45,851 bases of DNA from Ignavibacteriota bacterium. GTDB lineage: Bacteria > Bacteroidota > Ignavibacteria > Tepidaquicellales > Tepidaquicellaceae. Positions 17,644-25,952 of the stretch are shown one piece after another. A program made the position numbers and the translations under genes. Under the pieces are notes generated by a model, which had not been told where the DNA came from, made no database searches, and saw only the letters and a program-made list of their open reading frames with translations. Every line of letters starts with the position of its first letter. Within the stretch, counting starts at the first letter, position 1. The stretch covers positions 1 through 45,851 of the forward strand of contig PMIW01000054.1 of NCBI GenBank assembly GCA_003158365.1. Reading direction: 5' to 3'.

Positions 17644-20022
17644 TTATTTTATTAGAGACATTTTTTTTGTATCTACAAAATTTCCGCTTTGCATTCTGTA
17701 AAAATAGAATCCGCTCGAAAGATTAGTTCCGTCAAAATCCACGGCATAATACCCTGCGGTTTTGAATTCATTTACAAGTGATTTGACTTCCCTTCCAAGA
17801 ACATCAAAAACACTGATTTTTACCAATCCTGCTTTTGGAACCGAATAATTAATCTGTGTTGCCGGATTAAACGGATTCGGATAATTCTGCTCTAAAGAAA
17901 ACTTTTCAGGTATCGGAGTTTTACCAGGGTTTATACCCGAAACACCGCCTGCAAAATTTGTTATTTTTATATCATCGATATACCAGCCCGTTCCCGTAGT
18001 GTTTGCGTCACTTGTTAATCTGAATCTTATTCTGAAATTACTTGAATGATTGACCATTGAAGATATATCAAATGACTGCTTTGTCCAGGTTGTCATGGTT
18101 CCTGTATAACTTGAAATCTGCTGCCAGTTTGTTCCGTTGTCACTCGATACTTCAACAATACAAAAATCAAAACTTGCTTCTACATCATACCTGTGCCAAA
18201 ATTCGAGATAAGCAACGTTATATGCAGATAAATTCAACGGAAGGTTCAGAGACAAAGAGCTATTTAAATTGTTACCGTAATTTGGATTTGCAAATGAATG
18301 CGTGGGAGTATGATATTGTGAAGTGTTTATAGCCCAACCGCTTCCATAAGTCCAATTGGCAGTGCCATTTTCCGCACTGTCAGCAAATGTCGTAACTCCG
18401 GAACCTACCAGTACATTATATACCTGGTTATAAACAATACTCGTATCGTTTTGCTTGATTCTTATTCTTGTCGGAATTGCGTACCCGTTTGGAGTAGAAC
18501 CAGAGACTGTAAAATTAAAAGTAACGCTGTCGGATGTAAATGACAGCATTGAGGCTTTTGAATAAACCTGCGTCGGAATATTTATGTAAGCACTTAAAGG
18601 TAAAAACTCCACTTTAATATTCTGAGCGTCCATTCTTCCTTTGTTTCTGAAAACGATTTTAACATTTCCCGTTTCATTCTGCGCATAACTTGATTTGTTA
18701 AATGCTATTGTTTTATTATTTACAAACGGTCCGGCTGCCATCGTTATATACTGGCACATCCAGAGATTCTGCTGTACATCGGGCATAATTTCACTCGCAG
18801 GAGGCCAGAAATCCGAACCAATTTCAGATGTATAAGCAATTATATGGGCATGAGCAGAATCATTATACAGCCAGTCTAAAGCACCGCCCCTTTCATAATA
18901 TCCCAATGTCTGATAGCAAGTTCCGTAATTGTAGTGGTTGTATTGTGTCATGTCCATTCCCCATTCATAAAATATTGCATCATCCGGCGTCGGAGAAGGG
19001 TCACACCATGACCAGGGTTTTAATAAATGATTCCCGTATGTATGAAAACTGATTCCGGATTTAAAATTCCTTGAATCGACAAAATTTTCAAACGCCTGCG
19101 TCTCAGGTTCTGAATTCGGGTTGGTTCCCCTGTATGTATCATTGCTGCAACTTGTTGATGAACCTCCGTTTGTCGAATTCCAGAATTGATATGTCCCGTA
19201 ATTTCTGTTTGGGTCTATACCGTATCCTCCGCTGCACGGATGCCTGTTTTTTCTCCACAGCCCTCCGCCTGTCGGATTAGTTGTTTCATTATAAAAATAC
19301 CCGTCGCCATTGTAGATAGGAATAAAATAAATTTCCCTGTTATTTAATATATATGTAGCCAGTGGGTCAATATTATAATTCTCGAGCAGCCAGTACATAT
19401 AATAAATAAGGCTTTCCATGCCGGTTGGTTCACGTGCGTGTGTCAGGGCATAGATAAATACTTCGGGTCTGCCAGTAGGGGCATCGGGACCTTTAGTCAT
19501 CCTCATACACCATATTTCGCGGTTCTCATATGTCATTCCGATCGACCATTTTGCCGATAACAAAGTTGGATACTGAAGATGCATCGAGTCTATTTTATTA
19601 ATGACTTCCTGTCTTTTTAAAAATCCGCCCATTGAACCCATTATATTATGGGTTATATTATAATCATCTCTGGATTTTTCAAGAGCTTTTTGAATTTCAA
19701 GATTTGTCATTTGCGGAATGCTGTTGTAATAATCCTGCCAGTCGTTTATTATTATTTCATACCGCACACCTGCAGCCTTTAATGCGGATATTTCTTCGGA
19801 CGATAACCAGGTCTCGAAATAATTACCCGGTTTGTATATTCCGCCGTCAAGTGCAATACCGGCATTCTTAACTTTCTGAAAATCCGAATTAGCAGTGACA
19901 GATATTCTGATTTTTGAATACTTCTGATTTTCATTACTGCTTGTTTTCTGTGCTAATGCAATATTTACACAGAAACAGGCAAGAACAACAACCAGTAAAA
20001 AGAGTTTATTAAAATTTTGCAT
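17644..20022 (-). CDS. M14-family zinc pro-carboxypeptidase with T9SS sorting domain (paralog 2)
   Basis: 792 aa, collinear with 15117-17516. The motifs are THAREPTG, WRKNRH, DPNRNY and SFHTYGN. The C-terminus is LEQNYPNPFNPATQINYSV...GFYFYRMQSGNFVDTKKMSLIK. Confidence 0.85.
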   Translation of the reverse strand: MQNFNKLFLLVVVLACFCVNIALAQKTSSNENQKYSKIRISVTANSDFQKVKNAGIALDGGIYKPGNYFETWLSSEEISALKAAGVRYEIIINDWQDYYNSIPQMTNLEIQKALEKSRDDYNITHNIMGSMGGFLKRQEVINKIDSMHLQYPTLLSAKWSIGMTYENREIWCMRMTKGPDAPTGRPEVFIYALTHAREPTGMESLIYYMYWLLENYNIDPLATYILNNREIYFIPIYNGDGYFYNETTNPTGGGLWRKNRHPCSGGYGIDPNRNYGTYQFWNSTNGGSSTSCSNDTYRGTNPNSEPETQAFENFVDSRNFKSGISFHTYGNHLLKPWSWCDPSPTPDDAIFYEWGMDMTQYNHYNYGTCYQTLGYYERGGALDWLYNDSAHAHIIAYTSEIGSDFWPPASEIMPDVQQNLWMCQYITMAAGPFVNNKTIAFNKSSYAQNETGNVKIVFRNKGRMDAQNIKVEFLPLSAYINIPTQVYSKASMLSFTSDSVTFNFTVSGSTPNGYAIPTRIRIKQNDTSIVYNQVYNVLVGSGVTTFADSAENGTANWTYGSGWAINTSQYHTPTHSFANPNYGNNLNSSLSLNLPLNLSAYNVAYLEFWHRYDVEASFDFCIVEVSSDNGTNWQQISSYTGTMTTWTKQSFDISSMVNHSSNFRIRFRLTSDANTTGTGWYIDDIKITNFAGGVSGINPGKTPIPEKFSLEQNYPNPFNPATQINYSVPKAGLVKISVFDVLGREVKSLVNEFKTAGYYAVDFDGTNLSSGFYFYRMQSGNFVDTKKMSLIK

Positions 20023-20081
20023 AGTAAATTTATTTAATTATATGAAGATGTTATGATAATAATATCCGGAATCATAATAAA

Positions 20082-20122
20082 AAAACCTCTACTGAACTTA
20101 AAAAGTTTAGTAAAGGTTTTAA
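20082..20122 (-). terminator. Rho-independent terminator after the 275-aa T9SS protein gene
   Basis: AAAACCTCTACTGAAC - TTAAAAA - GTTTAGTAAAGGTTTT. It has the same arm sequence as the hairpin at 17586-17626, with two substitutions in one arm. A T-run follows on the minus strand. Confidence 0.6.
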
Positions 20123-20178
20123 ATTCACAACCTCAAATATGTTCGTAACAAATATTTAAGGCACTTGTAATATAGTCA

Positions 20179-21006
20179 TTATTTAACAAGAACCATTTTC
20201 TTTACGGCTACAAAATCATTGGTTTCAATTTTATAGAAATACATTCCGCTTGTAAGTGCTGAAGCATTAAAATCAACTATGTATGTTCCGGCTTGTTTAT
20301 ACTGATTTACAAGATTGGCAATTTCCCTTCCGAGTATATCATATACTTTCAATGAAACAAATCCGGATTTCGGCATTGTATACTTTATTGATGTCGAAGG
20401 ATTGAACGGATTCGGATAATTCTGAGAAAGTGTATATTTTGTAGGAATTTCCTTAATATTATTTTCAACTTCTACAATACACGGAGGCGGATCTGTATAA
20501 GTCCAGTCAGTTGGATTTATCAATGCTGTACCTATCCCGTTGAATACTGCAGAATTTGTAAGAAATCTCATGTTTATACAGCAATCAGGACTTAAATAAT
20601 TAAACTTCAGTGTCCCAAGCCAATATGAACCTGATGATAATGCAAATGAAGTACCTGTCAGAAGCTGTTGTATGTTAAGGCTCACACAGGTATCACCCAT
20701 TATTGATGTAGTTGTCATATCAAAATAATTTGCATTATTCGATAAATTAATATTTGCATTTGTCGCGGGATCTTCGGCTATTAAGGAAATTCCATTTGCG
20801 GGTGAAACCGTCCAGTAATTTATTCTGATACATGTCGGACCTACATTCCAAATCTGCCCCGTACCGACGTTTGCATAAACATCTATTAAAAATTTATCGA
20901 CATCAATTCTCGCGTTGTTTAAAGTGAAATTCACTTTTTGTGCAGGCAATGAAGCTGCAATCAAAAATATAAATACTATTATTGAAATTATTTTTTTCAT
21001 ATACAT
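20179..21006 (-). CDS. Small secreted protein: signal peptide, ~150-aa beta-rich domain of unassigned family (cohesin-like pattern, unverified), T9SS sorting domain
   Basis: 275 aa. It starts MYMKKIISIIVFIFLIAASLPAQ. The C-terminus is LSQNYPNPFNPSTSIKYTMPKSGFVSLKVYDILGRE...GMYFYKIETNDFVAVKKMVLVK. It lies 35 nt downstream of the FN3/dockerin-like gene with no intervening hairpin. Confidence 0.7.
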   Translation of the reverse strand: MYMKKIISIIVFIFLIAASLPAQKVNFTLNNARIDVDKFLIDVYANVGTGQIWNVGPTCIRINYWTVSPANGISLIAEDPATNANINLSNNANYFDMTTTSIMGDTCVSLNIQQLLTGTSFALSSGSYWLGTLKFNYLSPDCCINMRFLTNSAVFNGIGTALINPTDWTYTDPPPCIVEVENNIKEIPTKYTLSQNYPNPFNPSTSIKYTMPKSGFVSLKVYDILGREIANLVNQYKQAGTYIVDFNASALTSGMYFYKIETNDFVAVKKMVLVK

Positions 21007-21041
21007 TTAATTTAAACTTTAAGAAATAATAATTTAAAATC

Positions 21042-23081
21042 TTAATAAGGTCCGCATTTACTCTTACCGAAATTCGCATTCAAAATCAGTAAGTCATATC
21101 CATCTACAAATCCGTCGCCGTTAAAATCACAATTCAGATAACCGCCATGACCGAACATCGGCTTAAACACATCGTAGTCCGCAGGACTTACAAATCCATC
21201 CTGGTTTGCATCGCCGCCCCACAATACCCATACCGAACCTACCTGTTTCATATTTCCGCAATAAGCCTGAGTGGAAGCTGATGTGAAATTGAAATTAACA
21301 GGATTTCCTGTTGAGAAATACATTGCTACTGCACTCCATGTTTCAAGATGGTTTCTGTGTCTCACTACAATATAATAAGTCCCTGATACAGCCTTTGCAA
21401 AACTCACTAAGTTTGCAAAACCATCGGAACCTACCAGTGCTAGTGATGTGTCTCTGAATGTAAACGGTGTTGTTGATTGTGCAAGAAAAACCTGCACGGT
21501 GTCGGGAGTCTGCGTAGCTCCGTTGTAAAATCCTTCTAAATAAACCTTAAGATTTAAAGTAAATGTCTGCACTGTTCTGAAATTCCAGGCAGTTGAATTT
21601 GCACCTGTTCCACCGCCGTTTATTGTTGCTACTCTCCAATAATAAGTTGTATAACCTGTCAAAATACCACTTGGTACTGTAAAAGGCAGTGTACTTACAT
21701 TTGTATTTAATACATACGAATTAAATGATGCACTTGTAGATATTTGTACTCTGTATCCTGTTGCGCCTGAAACAGTAGACCAATTCAATGTTGGTGTTAA
21801 AGGAACATTTACCGAATTATTCGGCGGCGCTATTAATGTAGGAGCCGGAAGAGTCGCTTCTATCGTATGAAAATCCCATACAATTGACCAGTTTCCTGTT
21901 CCTCCTGCATTCATTGCATTAACACGCCAGTAGTATGTCGTATTATTTGCAAAAGGAGGATTGTTATGCGTATATTGTGTAGCCGCACCGGTTACCTGGT
22001 TTACGAATGTTGTAGCAAAATTCGGGTCCAATGAAATCTGGATTCTGTAAGATGTCGCTCCGGCTGAAGCATTCCACTGAAATACCTGTCCGGTTGTATT
22101 AACAGGGTTCTGATGATCCGGTGGTGACGTCAAAACAGGCGGTGCAGGCGGTGCAACTGCTGTCCCGAAATGGAACGGAGGATCTGCATATGGTCCCTGT
22201 CCCCCGGCATTAGAACCTAAAACATGCCAATAATATGTTGTAGTACCTGATAATCCTCCTGCAGGAATAGTGTAAAGAGTATCTGCAGCATCATCATCAA
22301 TCACAACTGCAGTGAAACCAACATTTAATGAAACCTGAACATGATAACTGGTAGCTGTAGGTAATTTTCTCCATTTCAATGTAACAGGCTGTGGAACATT
22401 AACCGCGCCATTTGCAGGCGAAACTAATATCGGTTGAGGTGGTGGTGCCGGTGCTGTTGTAAAATTCCATACATCCGACCACGGACTGTCTCCACCCGCA
22501 TTATGTGCCTTTACCCTCCAATAATAGAGAGTGTTGTTTATTAAATTTCCACCAGGTACTGAATAACCTGAATTTACCAACCCGGGTACGTCCAGCACAA
22601 TTATTGAAAAATCTGAAGTAGTGGAAATCTGCATTTCGTAAGATGCTGCACCCGAAACATTATTCCAGTCAAGACTTGGAGTCAATGGAACATTAACTGC
22701 ATTATTTAAGGGTGATACCAATACGGGTGCTACAGGTGCCAAAACTGTAGTCGTAAAATCAAATGAACCTGATGTTTTTGGTGTTGGGCCCATTGCAATT
22801 ACGTGCCAGTAATAATAAAGACTTGGCAATAAAATATTTGTAACTACAGGATAGGAAGTTGTCGAAAGGTTAATATCCAGAACAGTCGTTGACCCCTGGT
22901 ATACCTGTAACTGATAACTTGTTGCACCCGTAACTGCTGTCCACGAAAATGTCGGATACAACGACACATTAGTCGAATGATTCGGCGGGGTCAGCAATGT
23001 CGGAGGTATAGATTGAGCATTCACTCCGCTTGTTATTAGAAAAGCAAGCAGAAACAATAAAGAGTAAAAAATTTTTCTCAT
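21042..23081 (-). CDS. Secreted protein with five tandem FN3-like repeats, a beta-sandwich region and a C-terminal dockerin-like double EF-hand; no T9SS domain
   Basis: 679 aa with a signal peptide ending VNAQ. The five ~95-aa repeats share the pattern P.L.SP.N...NV...P.L.W..V.GATSY..Q.S....F...........Y.....L...T.YYWRV.A.N.GG...WS..W.F.T. The C-terminus is GDANQDGFVSPADYDVFKPMFG...CDFNGDGFVDGYDLLILNANFG. Confidence 0.8.
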   Translation of the reverse strand: MRKIFYSLLFLLAFLITSGVNAQSIPPTLLTPPNHSTNVSLYPTFSWTAVTGATSYQLQVYQGSTTVLDINLSTTSYPVVTNILLPSLYYYWHVIAMGPTPKTSGSFDFTTTVLAPVAPVLVSPLNNAVNVPLTPSLDWNNVSGAASYEMQISTTSDFSIIVLDVPGLVNSGYSVPGGNLINNTLYYWRVKAHNAGGDSPWSDVWNFTTAPAPPPQPILVSPANGAVNVPQPVTLKWRKLPTATSYHVQVSLNVGFTAVVIDDDAADTLYTIPAGGLSGTTTYYWHVLGSNAGGQGPYADPPFHFGTAVAPPAPPVLTSPPDHQNPVNTTGQVFQWNASAGATSYRIQISLDPNFATTFVNQVTGAATQYTHNNPPFANNTTYYWRVNAMNAGGTGNWSIVWDFHTIEATLPAPTLIAPPNNSVNVPLTPTLNWSTVSGATGYRVQISTSASFNSYVLNTNVSTLPFTVPSGILTGYTTYYWRVATINGGGTGANSTAWNFRTVQTFTLNLKVYLEGFYNGATQTPDTVQVFLAQSTTPFTFRDTSLALVGSDGFANLVSFAKAVSGTYYIVVRHRNHLETWSAVAMYFSTGNPVNFNFTSASTQAYCGNMKQVGSVWVLWGGDANQDGFVSPADYDVFKPMFGHGGYLNCDFNGDGFVDGYDLLILNANFGKSKCGPY
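21066..21218 (-). other. Dockerin-like module (two D-x-N-x-D-G-x-V-x-x-x-D calcium-loop segments)
   Basis: In aa 622-672, GDANQDGFVSPADYDVF and DFNGDGFVDGYDLLIL each match the dockerin type-I / EF-hand loop-helix pattern. Confidence 0.6.
21570..23012 (-). repeat. Five tandem ~285-nt coding repeats (FN3-like modules)
   Basis: The repeat units start at about aa 24, 114, 212, 309 and 410 of the 679-aa protein. The conserved W..V.GATSY..Q and YYWRV/YYWHV blocks recur in each. Confidence 0.75.
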
Positions 23082-23287
23082 AACAATAATCCCTTTGTTA
23101 TATTTTTTAATTTGTTAATTAAATTTGATTTTATAAATAAAATTAAAATATGAAATTACCTAATCAAAGTAATTTCATCCTTCTCCCTCTTCTTTTTTGT
23201 AGCATAGTAATTTACAAAATACTTTAGTTAAAATCAATTTCGACTTATTTAGCATAAAAAATATTTGGCATGGAAGTTGCAATGCGG

Positions 23288-23528
23288 AATTATCCGAATC
23301 CGTATATCCGACTACAAAAATGGAATATGGAATTCCAAAATAGGGATTGGTTATAAGCAGAATATTTGATGTGCTCGGAAGAGCAGTAATCACACTTGTT
23401 AAAGAGCATAAAATCAGGGATACTATTCCGTTGATTTTAATGCGAGTGATTTATCGTGCGCTTTATATTATTACAAATTGGAATCTGGCAGTTTCAGCAA
23501 CGTAAGAAGACTGACTATTATAAAATAA
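23288..23528 (+). pseudogene. Decayed orphan T9SS C-terminal sorting domain on the + strand (two -1 frameshifts, one in-frame TAG), no gene body upstream
   Basis: Three frame segments concatenate to a full sorting domain. 23288-23302 reads NYPNP. 23305-23412 reads YPTTKMEYGIPK*GLVISRIFDVLGRAVITLVKEHK, with TAG at 23341-23343. 23412-23525 reads NQGYYSVDFNASDLSCALYYYKLESGSFSNVRRLTIIK, with TAA at 23526-23528. Compare the intact NYPNPFNPSTQINYSIAKTGFVRISVFDVLGREVKVLLNEVKTPGFYAVDFDGTNLSSGMYFYRIESGNFVDTKKMTLIK. Confidence 0.8.
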
Positions 23529-23688
23529 AAATAATATATAATATCTGATTCTTTAAAAAAGGTAAAATAGTGTTGTCGTTAATATCTTTATTGGTTTGTT
23601 CTTTTTCATATTCGGAGCAGAATATTATTCTTTCAATAAAAGTAACAATAATTATGTATATTTTCTAATCTCTTTTAATTGCCTGAAA

Positions 23689-23724
23689 TAAAAAAAAGGT
23701 TTCGTACTTTCGCACGAAACCTTC
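23689..23724 (-). terminator. Rho-independent terminator of the M1-A gene
   Basis: Stem AGGTTTCGT/ACGAAACCT around a short loop. On the minus strand it is followed by TTTTTTTTATTTC. Confidence 0.65.
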
Positions 23725-23806
23725 TTAAAAAAATATTTGAGATATTTTTATTTTACTAACCTTCCCGATTCACTTCGTTCATCGGGATTTTAGCAAAATA
23801 ACTCCG

Positions 23807-25816
23807 TTATTTTACTAATAACATTTTCTTAACCGATATGAAATCTCCGGCTTCGAGTCTGTATAAATATACACCTGACGGTAAGCTAACTCCGTTGAAT
23901 GACATTGTATATCTTCCTGAAACCTGATTTTCGTTTACAAGTGTTTTCACTTCTTTTCCAAGTAAATCATAAACAACTAATTTTACGTGCGAAGTTTTCG
24001 GCACATCGTAATTTATCAGAGTTACAGGATTGAACGGATTTGGTTCATTCTGATAAAGTTTATACTGCTCGGGTACCTTGCCTTCGTTTTCATCAATTCC
24101 CATTGTGAGCGTTGCAGTTTTAATAACAATCTGGTTATTCGGGTCAAACACAACTGCAGTCGGCTGACGGTTGAAATAGAAAGAGAACAGCTGATTGTTC
24201 ACATTGTTCATAACTCTTACAGTTGTATCAGCGCCTGTTGTAAAGCTGAATTTAATTTCCATTGGTATCTGGAAGAATCCTGCATTTGTCTGCTTTGCAA
24301 GGAAGTTTATTCTCCATGTATTACCGCTTGTATTTACAAAATTGTATCCGTTCTGATATGTCGGATGATTCGGAAGTAATATCCAGGAATTGTAGAACCA
24401 GTCCAGATTTGTTCCTGCAACCGAACCCATTTTTGCAAGATAATCCGGTATAGTTGAATTCCCGTATCTGAAATTTACAGCATCAGTCGAATACGCTTTC
24501 ATTCCCTGGAAGAATACTGAATCTCCAAGTGTGTATCTTAATAAATGAAGTGCGCAGGCGCCTTTCATATATGTAATTGCATAATTGAATAATGTATTTA
24601 CATCGGGTGTTGTTATTGCCCACGAGGGTACACAAATCGCCCAGCCCGGATTTGAACTCATGTATGAACTTGCATCCGAAACAATGTCGTTCTTATACGC
24701 TGCGTATCCGCCTGCTTTTTCAAGCCAGACCGCTTCGGTAAAAGTTGCGAATCCTTCATTCAGCCATATATCAGCCCATGTGGCACAGGTAGTCATATCT
24801 CCATACCATTGGTGGGCATATTCGTGGGTTACCGTAGAAACATCCCAGCAGCTTGAACATAGAGTTGTCAAAGTCTGATTTTCCATGCCGCCCCAGACAA
24901 ACTGGGAGCCTCCTGTCGTAAAACCATTTTTTTCAAATCCCATTTCACCGTATTTCCATGAGTACCAGTCGGTAACTGCCTTAATATTATTAAATGCCCA
25001 TGTGTAACTATTTCCGCTGTTGTAATATAATCTTATAGGGACGGAATCTGCAGGATTAGAAAATTTATGCCACCATACTGTAGCAATGTTGAATGTTGTG
25101 TTAGCGGTCATAACCATTAAATAGGTTGAAACAGAATCACGGCTTACCCAGTGATACCATATTGTATCGCCGGATGCTGTCGAATCCTGAAGACGGCCGT
25201 TAGAGCCGAGTTTTACATTTGATGGTGTCTTTGCAGTTAAATCTAGAAGTGCTTTATCTGAAGGTCTGTCCCAGCAAGGGAACCATTTCCTTGCACCCTC
25301 GGGTTCGGCATCGGTGAATACATATCCGTTTTGGACATAAAACGCGCCGTCTCCGGAAGTTGCTATATGTCTGTAATATATTGTCATCGTGGCTATTTCA
25401 CCGACCGCATACATTCTGTTCATTGTAATAGTCAGTATATCGGAAACCTGAGTATATGTTAAAAGAGGTCCGCCCGATAAACGAATAGAGTCGATTGCCA
25501 GTGACGTATTCACGGCATTAAGTTTTACCTGTGTCAGTGTTGAATCAACTCTGAACATCATTTGATTTGATGCAGAATAAGTGTAAGGATACGGAGATTT
25601 AAAACAATTATAAATATTCAGGTTTAATGTATATTTCAATACATTAAAAGAATGTCGTGGTGTATTTGGGGAATCTCCCAAATGCGGCAGAAATCCATTC
25701 GGAGAATGGGTTCTCATATATGAACATCTCTCGGACCCTTTTGTAAAGTTCATGTCCTGACTGTATGTGATGTTCCAGATGAGTAAAGCAAATAAAACTA
25801 GAATAATTTTTTTCAT
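23807..25816 (-). CDS. M1-family zinc aminopeptidase with T9SS sorting domain (M1-A, tandem paralog)
   Basis: The motifs are GGMENQT, HEYAHQWYGD and WLNEGFATF. The start is taken at the internal ATG at 25816 (MKKIILVLFALLIWNITYSQ signal). The C-terminus is LYQNEPNPFNPVTLINYDV...GVYLYRLEAGDFISVKKMLLVK. Confidence 0.85.
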   Translation of the reverse strand: MKKIILVLFALLIWNITYSQDMNFTKGSERCSYMRTHSPNGFLPHLGDSPNTPRHSFNVLKYTLNLNIYNCFKSPYPYTYSASNQMMFRVDSTLTQVKLNAVNTSLAIDSIRLSGGPLLTYTQVSDILTITMNRMYAVGEIATMTIYYRHIATSGDGAFYVQNGYVFTDAEPEGARKWFPCWDRPSDKALLDLTAKTPSNVKLGSNGRLQDSTASGDTIWYHWVSRDSVSTYLMVMTANTTFNIATVWWHKFSNPADSVPIRLYYNSGNSYTWAFNNIKAVTDWYSWKYGEMGFEKNGFTTGGSQFVWGGMENQTLTTLCSSCWDVSTVTHEYAHQWYGDMTTCATWADIWLNEGFATFTEAVWLEKAGGYAAYKNDIVSDASSYMSSNPGWAICVPSWAITTPDVNTLFNYAITYMKGACALHLLRYTLGDSVFFQGMKAYSTDAVNFRYGNSTIPDYLAKMGSVAGTNLDWFYNSWILLPNHPTYQNGYNFVNTSGNTWRINFLAKQTNAGFFQIPMEIKFSFTTGADTTVRVMNNVNNQLFSFYFNRQPTAVVFDPNNQIVIKTATLTMGIDENEGKVPEQYKLYQNEPNPFNPVTLINYDVPKTSHVKLVVYDLLGKEVKTLVNENQVSGRYTMSFNGVSLPSGVYLYRLEAGDFISVKKMLLVK

Positions 25817-25896
25817 GTTTGAATTACCTTTTTGTTTTTTGTCAATTAACATAAAATATACAAAAGATATGAAAAATGAAGTAGTCTTTTTTATAT

Positions 25897-25932
25897 AAAA
25901 AAAGCCGGAAATTCAAATTTCCGGCTTTTTTT
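25897..25932 (-). terminator. Rho-independent terminator of the M1-B gene (symmetric A/T flanks)
   Basis: AAAGCCGGAAAT-TCAA-ATTTCCGGCTTT forms a 12-bp stem, with an A-run upstream and a T-run downstream. Confidence 0.75.
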
Positions 25933-25952
25933 GGACTTAATTTTACTTAAAA

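Noticed and set aside
23175-23393. 72-aa ORF in the long gap upstream of the FN3/dockerin-like gene
   Set aside because: It runs antisense to the decayed T9SS sorting-domain remnant and has no recognisable motifs. The + strand pseudogene explains the conservation-like signal better.
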